Positions 51,690 to 64,000 of a DNA stretch of 64,000 nucleotides are shown here, in pieces. Source of the stretch: Eledone cirrhosa (taxonomy: Eukaryota); NCBI GenBank assembly GCA_964016885.1, contig OZ024740.1, positions 174,654,001-174,718,000 of the forward strand, in the 5' to 3' direction. The translations under genes were made by a program, and so were the position numbers. How positions within the stretch are numbered: the first letter of the stretch is position 1; each line of letters opens with the position of its first letter. The notes beneath the pieces are model-generated. The model did not search any database. It saw only the letters and a list, made by a program, of their open reading frames with translations, and was not told where the DNA came from.

Positions 51690-52044
51690 TTTTACGTCCG
51701 TTTTTCCACGCTAGCTGGGTTGTCCTTTTGTGGGCAGTGTCCAGTCGGCTGACCTTGTCTAGCTCATACGGGAACTGATTCTGGCTTGATTTTTACAGCT
51801 GGATGCCCTTCCTAACACCAACCTCATTTACAGAGAGTGCTGGGTGCTTTTTTGCTGTGGCACCTCCACGATCACTTTGCAGTAGAATGATAGGGACCCC
51901 AGTCCTATCATCTCATTTCTACAGCTGAGTAAACTGGAGCAATGTGAAATAAAGTGTCTTGCTCAAGGAAACAACACATAACCCGGTCCGAGAATTGAAC
52001 TCACAACCTTTCGATTGCAAGCCCAATGCTCTAACCACTAAGCC

Positions 52045-52045
<1 letters not shown>
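51690..52045 (-). mobile_element. Family B SINE
   Basis: Reverse complement of 45767-46135. Confidence 0.88.
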
Positions 52046-52090
<45 letters not shown>

Positions 52091-52409
52091 TTGCATCATC
52101 ATTTTCCCTGATAACATGGTTGGGTGGGTTTCCACAGTTCACAGACAGAGTAGTCAGTATTCAAGCAGAGCTGCTGACTTCTTCGCTGGGTCAGGAGCTT
52201 GCATCTCACTTACATAAACTCCACACTCTACCAAGAGCCTTTTATCATGGCACAAGCCTTGGGGAGGTTGACATGTCTTTGACACAGCTGAATATTCTTC
52301 CCAGCCCTTTGGTTGACAGGTCTTGTTTGGTAGGTTTGTTTAGCAAGTTTTCTATGGGTGGGGACAATTTTATAAATTATAGTATTCATTCATTTCATTC
52401 ATTCGTTTC

Positions 52410-52695
52410 ATTTTACGTCCGCTTTTTCCCTGCTTGCAAGGGTGGGACGGGAACTGATTCTGGCTTGGGTTCTACAGCTGGATGCCCTTCCTAACACCAA
52501 CCTCATTTACAGTGAGTGCTGGGTGCATTTTAGCCGTGGCACCTCAACAACCACTTTGCAGTGGAATGATATGGACCCCAGTCCCTATCATCTCATTTCT
52601 ACAGCTGAGTAAACTGGAGCAATGTGAAATAAAGTGTTTTGCTCAAGGAAACAACACATCACCCAGTCTGAGAATTGAACTTCACCCGGTCTGAG
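52410..52695 (-). mobile_element. Family B SINE, 5'-truncated
   Basis: Reverse complement of the consensus. Confidence 0.85.
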
Positions 52696-53432
52696 TGTCA
52701 TTTGTCACTTTATAAGCTTTTTATATACATAAGTATTTTAGGATTGTTTAGTGATTGTTGACTTTTGGCTGACATTGAACAGTTTAGTTTGGTTGACATT
52801 GAACAAAAATAAGGAATGTGCAATAGTATTGCTGTAGCCACTGTATTACATATATATAGGTGTGTGTATATATGTGTATGCATATGTGTGTGCCTATGTC
52901 TATGTTTCTCTATATATGCATGTGTGTGCATGTATTCATGAATACAGTCAGTTTGGCTATTACTACAACTATTAGATGTCAATTATGTAAAACAAGGAAG
53001 AGCTTGAAAGATTAGGGATTGTTGCTAATAAGAGGAACAGTGATACAGAATGTTTCCAATCCCGAGAAGTTTACATATGAGTAGTTGATAGTTTTTGCTA
53101 TCTGTGTGACCTAATTATCAACAGAAGTTTTTTTTAATGCCTAGTAGTAGCTAGAATAAGAACAAGACGGAAAAGCAAATCTTTACCAATCAATTTGGCC
53201 TTGCTGTCATAGCCCTAGAAAAAGATAATGTTATAATTATAAAATATAAAACCACAATTTGTTTGTTGGTTGTGAAAGGTGGGTAAGGGAGGTAAAGAAT
53301 ATCCACTTCTGTTTTTTAATAATGATTAAAATGATTTACAACTAGTTCATAACAACTTGTCAACAGAAGAAACAAAACACTTTTACCTAATGCTATTTGC
53401 TGTTTACTACTGCTGTCGCTACTACAACAACA

Positions 53433-53485
<53 letters not shown>

Positions 53486-53884
53486 CAACCCACTAGAAAT
53501 AGTAAATAAATCAATATTTAGTCCCATCCTGCTGGCTTAAAAAAAGAATAGCACACTAGATAATGTAGTCATAGAGAGCCCTATAGAGACAGGATGATCA
53601 TGGTTGAAAGCATTTGATCACAGATATGATCAATTAGGATTGACCAGTGGTTAAACAACAATAACATAGTAATAGTAGTTTTATTGTTGTAGTAATCATT
53701 AAAAATGCATGAAAATGAAATGGCATGATTGGTGCTAACATATGTAATGTAGTGAACCAAAGTAATTTTAACAGATTGAATTTATACTTATGGTGGAGAG
53801 AAAGATTAATTAGCATAGTGATTAATTCTGATCAAGAAAGCCAAGGAAAACAACCCTGAAAATTTAATTAACATTATTTTCATC

Positions 53885-54115
53885 ATAAAACAGTGGAAGA
53901 TGCTTGGCTATGTATGGCCACAAAGAAACCAGTGAGAGCCTCCCTCAAAGGGAAACCAGAAGGGTGTAGGAGACAAGGCAGACCTGGTTTAGGTCTGTGG
54001 AAGAAAACCTAGCAGACATGGGTGTGGCCTGAGAGCAGACCCAAGGCTTGCAGTTATGTGGGATGGATATCTTTCATTGGCCAAAGCTCCATATACAGCA
54101 AAAAGAACTGAAGAA
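53885..54115 (+). mobile_element. Old RTE-type 3' fragment
   Basis: QWKMLGYV..KGKPEGCRRQGRP motif. Confidence 0.5.
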
Positions 54116-54888
54116 AAATAACATCAATCAAAAATAGAATGTAGGGAGTAGATTTAATCAGGTTGTATGGAGAAACCTTTAGACATGTTTTGGTCTTTTT
54201 AGACCTCTTCACTTTTGTAGGACCTTTACCAGTAGAACCAGGCAAATATGACCAAATTCACTCACATGGCAAGTGATCACCCCAATGCTATTGTAGAAGA
54301 CATTTGCCCAAGGTACCATGCAGTGAAAAAGGAACCCCAAACCAAGTGTTTTTAAAGTGAATGTCTTAATCAGTGTTAGCAATAAAAAAAATTAAAATAT
54401 TTATTATCAGCAGCAATAACTTGCATGAGGTTAAAATGTTGAGCTCACAATTGTAAGGTCATATGTTCAAACCTTGGACTGAATGACATGTGGTGTATTG
54501 AGCAAAGCACTTTATTTCATGCTGCTCCAGTCCTCTCAGCTGAAAAAAAAAGTACCAGAAGCAGCAGTTATGTTTATTCCTGTGACAGATTAGTATTCCA
54601 TCCATGAAGTAGTCATATACTCTTAGTCATTTAATGCTTCATATTCCCAGGATAAACTCTGGCTTCAAGAACCTCAAAGCACAAGATTGACTTTAACTTA
54701 ATATCTTCCAATACCTGTCCTTATAACCATCAGAAACCAAGCAGCCCAACTTACTAACACCACAAATACATTTCATCCTTACAACAACACCACTACCAAC
54801 AATAGAACTTTGACATGGTCGCTTGAACTGCTAGAAAGTGCAGTCAAAATATTCCCTAAAAGGCACCAGTGCAGGAAAAGAGGAATCA

Positions 54889-54930
54889 GCTAGACCAGTT
54901 TCAATTCTGAGTTGGGATTTCATCAGCAAC
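54889..54930 (-). ncRNA. Minimal type I hammerhead ribozyme motif
   Basis: Minus strand gttg-CTGATGA-aatcc caactca gaatt-GAAA-ctgg-TC-tagc: intact core and GUC site; stem I has two G-U pairs. Confidence 0.6.
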
Positions 54931-55004
54931 TAAGTACTATTTTTTAACTGTTCATGGAAACATTGCTTATAAACTCTTTATATAGTGTTGTCCAGGGTAT
55001 AGTA

Positions 55005-55330
55005 AAGGTGCATGGCATCGGGCTTACAATCGTGAGGTTGTGAGTTCGATTCTTAGACCAGGCTCTGTGTTGTGCTCTTGAGCAAAACCCTTTATTCATG
55101 TTGCTCCAATTTACTCAGCTGTAGAAATGAGTTGCAATGTCACTGGTGCCAATCTGTATTGGCTGTTGCATTTGCCTTGGACAACATTGGTGGCGGGGAG
55201 AGGGGAAGTTGGTATACATGGGTGACTGCTGGTCTTCTACAAACAACCTTGCCTGGACTTGTGCCTCGGAGGTGAGCTCTCTGGGTGCAAATCCCATGGT
55301 CATTCCATTCTGAAAGGGGTCTTTACTCCC
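55005..55330 (+). mobile_element. Family C SINE
   Basis: B-box gagttcgattc, CORE-like centre; body matches 46182-46510. Confidence 0.85.
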
Positions 55331-56084
55331 CAGTGTATACTATTTCAGAAAGAAATACGGTATGTTAATGGCTGGAATAGCCTGATCAAAGGTCCTTAGG
55401 TTGACCTAAGGGTGGTTAAGAACAGCAATATCAACTAGAACTAGCAACCAAATCTCCATTAAATCACTCTCTACAATCTTAAACAAATGCCAGAATGAGT
55501 TAAATAATATAGCCCACAGTACATTATGCCTGAATAAAGGCAGGGTAGCCACAACTTGAATACTTTTCATCATAAATCTGCTCCATAACAGATTGGAGTG
55601 CTAAACCACAGAAATATTACCATCAGCAGCAACAACAACATACTTTGATGTAGCAAAATCTGTTTACATAATATAAGACAAAATTGTAATAAAGTCTAAG
55701 TTTGGTGATCATTAGAGAAAAATGATTTCTGTTTCTTTAAAAATACCTCTATTCAGTCTTTTATATATAGTTTGTTGTATTGTTTGTTTTTGCACTGAAT
55801 AACTGTTGTTGTTCATGTTGTTGGCTTGCATGAGGTTGTTGTTGTTGTCGTCTTTTGCTTTATATTTAGTTATTTATAATTTTATTCATTATATATACAT
55901 TTATTTATTTATTTTTCAACTCACTCCAAAATATTTTCTTGATGTGGGTGGTGATTAACTTCATCTTCAAGCTACTTGTCAGAAGTGCTTATTAATTACT
56001 ATTTTGTGTATATGCACACATACACACACACATATATAAATACACACATCTTATATACAAATACATATATCATCATCATCATCA

Positions 56085-56822
56085 TCATTTTACGTCCATT
56101 TTTCCATGCTTGCATGGATTGGATGGGTCATTCTCAGCACAACATCTCTCCACTCACTGTGTTTCTTCACCATCTCCTTGGTGAGCCTCAGCAATTTGAG
56201 GTCAGCTCTTTCAACCTCTGCCCAGGTCTTTCTTGGTTTTCCTCTACTGCGGCTTCCTTCCATAGGGATTTCTTGGCATTTCTTCACCCTGCAATCAACA
56301 TTTATGCACATCGTATGTCCATACCAACACAGTCTTCTCTCCTGCACACCACCTCAGATTCCTCTTAAACCCAGCTTCTCCCTCAGCTTGTCCAAGATCT
56401 GTCTTTCTCTCATATTTACCTTGCACATCCAACAAAGCATAGTTGCTTCATTTCTCTCTAGTCTGTGCATATCCACTACAGTCACAGCCTATGTTTCATA
56501 ACCGTGCAGCATCACACTTCATGCACAGGCATCATACAGTAGTCTTTTTGTAGGTAGGCAGAAACCTTTTGTGGTCAAAAGTGGGCACAGCTCTCTAAAT
56601 GTCTTCCACCATATCCTTATTCTAGTTATTATGCTCTTGCAGCACCCTCCACCACAGCTAATTTGGTCGCCTAGGTGGATGAGGCTATTAGCTGCTTCTA
56701 TGGATCCTTCATGTGAATGGAAAAGGTTTATATCACTGATACTCTTCCCATCGATTACCCCTATGCATCTAGTACATACAGAGACTTCCTTTCCTGTTAG
56801 TCTGCCTGCTATACCACTACAC
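56085..56822 (-). mobile_element. Older RTE (PHD-type) 3' fragment
   Basis: QERRLCWYGH..EGSRSRGKPRKTWAEV; (CAT)n tail at 56070. Confidence 0.85.
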
Positions 56823-57201
56823 CAAAATATTGCTAAACAAAGGTCTTAAAACAGCTTTATGTTCTTAATATTGACCATGCTTCTCCAGTGGTTCAGCGAC
56901 ACTATCCAGAACCCAGCAGTAGAATTCCTCAAACTTGTTCTTGATAATAACCAATTGTTTCTGGAACTTTTCAACCTCAAGAATACACCTCGGAATACCA
57001 AGCGAACTGTTTTGAAGAATCAAAAACAGAATTTCTGAGCCACTCAATATAGTTTCAAAACTACTAATAAAAATTTAAACTGAAAATCTTCTAGGATTGC
57101 AACAAATCACCTTGCCTGTAATGATTCTGAAGCATTACAATCCTCTGGATTTTCTAATATCATTGGACTGTATGCCCTGCTTTCCAAGTTACCCTTCACC
57201 A

Positions 57202-57238
<37 letters not shown>

Positions 57239-57459
57239 TCATCATCATTTAATGTCTATCTTCCATGTTAGCATGGGTTAGACGGGTTTGTCCCATTTAG
57301 AGGCAAGTTGCATCGGGTGACTGTGTCTTACTCATATAGGACTGCTTCTGGCTGGTTTTCTATGGCTGGACACCACATTTACAGTGTGTGCTGGGTGCTT
57401 TTTGCCATGTCTTTTACACAAACACTTTACAGTGTGGGTGAATGTTTTGTTGGGCCAAC

Positions 57460-57503
<44 letters not shown>

Positions 57504-57855
57504 TGAAGATGGAGAAACAATAATAGAAATAGGGAGGAAGAGCAGCAAAAAAAAAAAAGAAAGAGAAAGAAAAAAGAAAAGGATAAGGAAAAGAAAGAAT
57601 GAGAGAAAAGGAAAGATGGGGAGCGAGAGAAGTAGAGCTTCAAGACTTATAAAAAATATAAACAATGGAAACTTGAGAGTAAAAGGACTCTGACTTGGCG
57701 TAAATAAATATAATTAATCTCCACTCTGGTGTTCTGTACTCATTCTCATGATAATCAACACTTGAAGAAAATAAGAAAACAAAACAAAATGAAAATAAGG
57801 CTGGGTCACAGAGGAGCAAGAATAATCATTGAGAAGGTCACAGAACATTATAGAG

Positions 57856-58167
57856 CAGTCATGGACAACATGCGGCCTGCGAGCCGCATGTTGCCCACAA
57901 AGCTTTCTGAATGACTTGCCCAAGTCACCTAAGTGAAATCTTTCTGATTTTTTTACCCCAACTTTCCAGTCGTAATTTATCTTTCTATCATTTTTATGAT
58001 CGAGGAAAACAACAACGTGTACTAATTCTGAAGAAACAAATCAAAACTACCTGAGTTACCGCCCTTTTTTTTAATGTGGACATGAATGTAAATTAGCACT
58101 TGCAACCCGCCTGATGATGAGCCATATCTCATGCAACCCGATTCTCGAAAAAGGTTGCCCATGCCTG
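57856..58167. mobile_element. hAT-superfamily MITE (Charlie-like)
   Basis: Perfect 8 bp TSD TTATAGAG (57848-57855, 58168-58175); TIR cagtcatggacaac / gttgcccatgcctg; subterminal tgcggcctgcgagccgca palindrome. Confidence 0.92.
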
Positions 58168-61100
58168 TTATAGAGCTTTTATAATCAAATATTAAACTAA
58201 CTATAATCAGCTACTAAACTAACCAAGGAATGTATTAGTTACCTAACTATAATAATAAAACCAAGGTGAAACTGTGTAAGTTTTTCTTTTTATTGACAGC
58301 ATGACATATATGAATATACATGTATAAGCATGTGTGCATGTACCTATATGTGTATCTATATTAAATAATAAGTAGAACACTAAAATAGGTATATAAACAG
58401 ATTTTTCTTTTGTTGATAAATTTTCCTGGATATTATAGCTCAATGCTATATCTACCAAGCTGTGGCTTTAACTAGATAGTGAACTTACAATAAAGATAAT
58501 ATAGCCTTCAATGAATTTAGGCTTACCTTATACATGTGTGTGTATATATAAACATATATGACTATATATTTATTCAAAAAGAAGATTCCTTCTTTTGACT
58601 TATTTACATGGAAACATGAATCTTAGAATTGCAATGGAGAGAATCCTAAGCTTTAAATAAATGAATAAATTCTACAGCATTTACTGAGTACGTTCTCATC
58701 TGCTTTTTAAATCCAAGCACACCCATTCACAAATATCTCATCCTCATGTCACATCAGTTTTCCATGCCACACACACACACACATCATTATCATCACCGTT
58801 TAATGTCCATTTTTCCATGCTGGCATGAGTTAGACAAGTTATCCTGTTGTGAGCAATGCCAGGTCAAGGGACCATGTTATGCTTATACAGAACCAATTCT
58901 GGCTTGGTTTCTACAGTTGGATGCCCTTTCTTGTGCCAACCTCATTTACAGTGAGTACTGGGTGCTTTTGTTGTGACACACACACATATATATATATATA
59001 TATAATCAAGATTTACAAGACAAACACATTGAACAATTACTCAGTTTCCCACATGTGGGAAAAGGAAAAAATATGTCTACAGGTATCGAAGGTTTGTCCT
59101 TCATCAGGAAAGAGTAAAGTTAAGAGAGATGAAGTTAAAAAGTTTTAAAAAATGAAAACAAAGGAAAGGTGTTTTTCAAGACAGGTAAAGTGGATAGACA
59201 AGTAATCTGGCATGCAGAGAGGGGGGTGCAGAAGTGGGGGTGGAGTGTCTGGGTCTATCATTCATGTTGTTATGTGTATGGAGGTGAGGTGCATCATGTG
59301 AGTGCATGTGTTGTTGTTGTTATTATTTGTTTGTGTGCATATGTATGTATATGCGTGTTGAAGTAGAGTAATATTTTGTTCATGATGGTGTATGGGTGTC
59401 AGGGTTTATTACCAATGTGTTTGTATGTGTGTTGACCTAAGAAGAAGTGGATTGATGGATGGTATCAAGAAAACCCTGACATTACACAGCATTACACCAG
59501 GGCAGGCCTTCCAATTCATCACCGAACAATAGCTCTTCCTTCCCATAACACTTCCAATGGTAGAAATGGAAAGGTAAGACAAAACAATTTTTTTTTTAAA
59601 ACGTGATTATTTTAACAATAATCCTCAATATCAAAAATAATAAAGTGACTAGCACAAATGAAAAATGATTCACTACAAAATGAATTTGAACCTGTCGAAT
59701 ATTTTAATGATTTTGTTGCTGCCAAATCCTTTGATGTTGCATGCTGGTCTCAATTCGAAAGAAACCTTCCTCAAATCTACTGGTGATATCACTTAGTTAT
59801 TGCTACTTTTGGTGTTCATGGTGCTGCTCTTGTCGTTGATATATATCAAAGGTCTTGAAGTGACTGATGTGGCCTCTAGTGGCTGATGGGACTACCCGGG
59901 ACGGGGTATCAACTAAATATTTGTGCCAAAGCCTGATATTTAAATATAACATGAAAATGCATATAGTACAATAAAATACAACTTGCTTGTACAGATTTCT
60001 GATTTATTCTTTGTCTATTTATTTTATATTCTTTTTACTGATTTATTTATTTAATTATTTATTTTTGTCTGTGCCTGGGGTCGTTTGAAGATCGATGCTG
60101 TGATGCTTTTATTTTATACATTTCTTGTTTTTATTTTTGTTGATCTTGTTCTTGTCATTCTTGCTGTTCTTAATGACCCTATTCTCATCGTAGACGTCAT
60201 TTTGTTGTTGCGGTTACTACTGCCGTTTTCCCCCCAGGTTAATCTAGATCAACTAGGTTTGTATTCTAAAGAGTTTCGTAATATGAATGAAATATGGAAA
60301 TGTTGATGGCGTTGAGATATTGTAGAAGGGTTTCATTAAATATATTGTAGTCATTGTAGTATAGTGTAGTGTAGCGTATTGTAGGCGATGAATTGGCAGA
60401 GTCGTCAGATAGAATGCTTTGCAGTGTTCGTATCAGCTCTCAGAGTTTAAAACCCGCCGAGCTTAACTTTGTCTTGAACTCGATAAAAATGTAGCAGTCT
60501 AGTACCGTTGTCAACTCTCCTCTATATATCTCTCTCCTTCTAAGGAAGAAATCGGCTGTGGTCAGACCTGGAGTGGTCATGGGCTCAGGTTTCAAGTGTC
60601 CAGGAGTTACTGGGTCCATACTGTGCAGCAGAATCATACATACCTTGTAGTATATTGCGATGTTGTAGTGTCATTGTTCTAATCCTTAATTTCAAGGAGT
60701 CAATATCTAATTACCCTTTCAGAAGTTGTCGACTAATGAAATTGTTTCAGCCACTTTTTTTATAAGTGGTGAACACGTATATGCATGGGACTCTCGTGAT
60801 CTCACATAATTCTACTGTTAGTAATTAATATAACAATATAAAATAATTATAGAATATCCAATACTACATTCACCATACAACAAAGAAAGAACATTTCGAA
60901 GAAATGTCAAAACGTTTGCCATTCACACGTAAAACAAAACCGTGTAATTAACAACACACAAATAACAAAAAGAAACAATAGATGTTTATCATTACGACAT
61001 ATTATAATCATTCAAATATGCAGACATTTAGCTTGTTCTTTTTCGTCTTTTAGGATTTTTTTTCTTTTTCCTTTGTTACAATTGTATCATAATTTGTTTT

Positions 61101-61647
61101 CAAAATTGTTGTCCTCAATATTGTATGAGTAGTTGCATTTTCTTCAGTGAAAGAACCGTATTTCCAAAATTTGCAATTTTATTAGTTATTTTGAATTTCA
61201 ACTTCAAGGGTAGTACTTCATTAGAAACGCCCGTCTGAAAAGTTCCAATATTGTAGGCGTGGCCTTACCAAAAATGCTTTAGGTTATGTTCTTAGCAATA
61301 CAATTCCACTGTTGGATAAAATTATGAAGAAAAAAAGAACACTGTATGAAAATGTCTATTATCACACAGGCTGAATCATTAGTGTGTCAGATGAGATGCA
61401 TTGTTTCGTTACGACCCTCTATTATCTGGTTTCAAATCCTGTCGAGATTAACTTCGGCCAACAATTTCCGAGGTCAATAAATTAAATTAACTGTCAAATA
61501 CTAGGGTCGGTAGAATCGATTCCCCTTCACCAAATTGTTGGTCTTGAGTCTTAAATTAAAAACAAATAATATTATGAATATCAGCAATAGGACTGTAAAA
61601 CAGAAAGTGGCAACACAGATCAAGAGATAGAGAAATAGTAGACGACT

Positions 61648-62015
61648 AGCTCTCGGGTCCCAAATAGGGAGGGGGAATAAGAGGAAAGGGTTGGAAAGTC
61701 AGTAAAATTTCTAGGTTGTTTCCGTTGATTTGTTAAAAAAATAGAATTAGTCGTTTAGTTTACAAATTGAGACCCCAACCCATCTTATTTATTTTATAAC
61801 GCATGTGATTTCTTGTAATATACTTTTTTTGTCATGTATATACTTTTTTTGTCATGTATAGTATAATGTATAAAAAAATTAATTGTCGTAGGAATGCTAC
61901 CACTTAAAATAAAATTTTGCCGGAGATAGATTAGCAAAATTTAATAAGCAGGGTGGGGGAGGTCTGAAAAATTAGTAAGCAGTGGAGGAGGACGATTATT
62001 CGGGACCCGAGAGTA
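61648..62015. mobile_element. MITE-like DNA element with ~17 bp TIR
   Basis: ctctcgggtcccaaata / tattcgggacccgagag; superfamily not determined. Confidence 0.75.
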
Positions 62016-63603
62016 TGTAATGGTGGTGCACAGAAATAAAGATATAGGCAGCCAACAAAACCGTTTGTGTAAAGCGATGTAAGACAGATATAGAGAGAGA
62101 AATAGGACTTTCAAAATGTGGGGTATAGAAATAAAGATATAGGTAGTCAGTGCTGTTTGTGTAAAATGGAGCTATGCTAATTCACCCACAGATAGATAGA
62201 GAGAGAGAGGGAGTAGGTAGTGGACAATAACACCGCTTATGTAAGGTGGGAATTGTGTCAACTAACATCGAATACCTGTACGGCTATCTCATTGCCTTTG
62301 AAAAAGGTCGTAGTAGCTGATTGTGGTTTTTGTATTCAATGTTTGTGTCCCAAGTCAAACAGAACACTGCTGTTTGTTTCTACTGCTGCTCTGAATAAAC
62401 CTTCTTTGTCGTCGTGCATATTGTGTGTGGTAGTGAATATACGGGGTGTAGGTAGTAGGTTCTCCGTCGGTCTTGACGATAAGCATTTAGTTGTTCGACG
62501 AACTGAAGTTCATACACCTGAGATTAACGTGTAAGCGACTCAGTGCTCCACCTTTAACACGCATGCGCGCGTGATTGTGTGTGTGTTATATGTGTAAGTA
62601 TGTATATATATATATACAAACTTAATAAAATTAGCAAAGAGAGGACAAGGCAATGAACGGAAACAAGGCAAAACGAAAAACAATTTTTTAAGGGGAAACC
62701 TTAATTTTTTAAAATAAAAATACAAACGAACGACACAGAACTCCAGGGACGTTGGTCGGTGAGATGGACTTTGACAGTTTCGACCCCTACCAACGGTATT
62801 GCTGGTCCACCCGAGGTCACAGCGTCTGACGCGAACCACCAAACGTTGTCCAGTGGAGTAAAAGACGACATACAAAATATTAATCTATAGCAATTAAGCC
62901 TCAAAAAGTACACATAGAATGTTATGCGACGTCAGTGAAAAAGTATGGTGCCTCTTATAGCACGAGAGTCTCATTAATGGAACAAAGGGGGGAAAAAAGG
63001 GAACAAAGTAAGATATCGTGTTAAAAAATGTAAGTCATTGAAATAAAAGGTGGGAGAAGAGATAACACGTATGATATCATCATCATTATCTATAAAAGGC
63101 GGATTGTTGTTGTTGTGTGTGTGCATGTTCCATGTTTATAGATTTGCACAATTTCAAACCGATTCGACTCAAAGTCTGTAAGAATGTTGTAAATGGTCTA
63201 ACGTAGGTCAATGACTATTTATTTCATTCAAACTCACCCACAATTACGGAAATAATCGAGAAAACTAAATACATGACGCTTTACCCCTCTAATACAATCT
63301 GTTACCTCTCTCTACTCCCCTTAAAATTCTATAAAACTACATACATGCTGCAACTTTCTCTTATATACGCTTAAACCTACAAACTTTAAGAGAGAGAACG
63401 TTTGTTTTTGAGTGTGGAACGGTCAAACATTTATTTACTTCAATGACAAAGAGAACTTATTACATTTCATACGAAACAACAATTATTCAAAAGCAACAGA
63501 TAAATTTATTCAACAACAAAAAAAATAACGATAAATCTTTTTTAAAACATCTATCAACGAACGTGGAAGAAAGAAGTATCAGTTTATTTACTATACACAA
63601 TAA

Positions 63604-63784
63604 TATCCTTTATGAGGTCACTAAACCTGCTAGAAACAGCAGTTAACTCTCCCCTATATCACACCACTCCCTACTGTCTTAAATTTAGAAAACATATCCT
63701 CTATGAGGTCACTAAACCTGCTAGAAACAGCAGCTAACTCTTCCCCATATCACACCCCACCCTACTGTCTTAAATTTAGAAAAC
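63604..63784. repeat. Tandem duplication (~89 bp x2) of a dispersed gctagaaa-..-atcacacc repeat
   Basis: atatcct..gaggtcactaaacctgctagaaacagcag..ctactgtcttaaatttagaaaac occurs twice; related motifs at ~54815, ~55435, ~53490 and ~26215 (minus). Confidence 0.88.
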
Positions 63785-64000
63785 ACACATTAGACAACAT
63801 GCAGAACAACTCCATCGCAGCTCTGTTGGTCGGCTGGCATCGTCTACGCGCGTGTTGAGCAAGTACTGTGAAAGAATACATTTCAACACTTCTTTGCACA
63901 GAGATAATATCCATAGGCGAAACTGCTTCGGCAGTCCAGGTCTGCAATTCATTCACCCAGTGCCTGGCAGACAAAAAAGTGCTGCCATAAAATGGGTGGT

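Noticed and set aside
59074-59111. Minus-strand ctgatga aggacaaaccttc gata cctg ta gac hammerhead-like relic
   Set aside because: GAAA is mutated to GATA and stem I is weak; a plausible relic but not supportable alone. Similar weak traces occur at ~21085-21122 and ~43900-43930.
62220-62534. 104 aa Cys-rich ORF
   Set aside because: GTG start, no recognisable domain and no splice context.
63090-63400. Helitron-like 5' end (TCTATA..GT repeats..accgatt), similar style at ~26930
   Set aside because: No 3' hairpin/CTAG terminus could be identified.

Overview
This is AT-rich, repeat-dominated eukaryotic DNA, intergenic or intronic. The SINE and RTE repertoire most resembles an octopod cephalopod (inference). 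No host protein-coding gene can be supported: the long ORFs are microsatellite read-through or retrotransposon fragments. Contents: (i) 5'-truncated RLE-type (R4/Dong-like) non-LTR fragments, four of them inside (CATA)n; (ii) at least two subfamilies of RTE LINE with a C4HC3/PHD-like finger, including one near-intact 1.6 kb piece; (iii) six copies of a ~606 bp non-autonomous element made of a structured RTE-like 5' module, an RTE 3' end and an (ATGT)n tail; (iv) two or three tRNA-derived SINE families, including a tandem array; (v) piggyBac-, hAT- and other MITEs; (vi) many microsatellites. The most notable unexplained structure is a set of long fold-back inverted duplications. Two of them carry minimal type I hammerhead ribozyme motifs of the kind known from Penelope-like elements, and at least two further hammerhead-bearing families are dispersed in the window.
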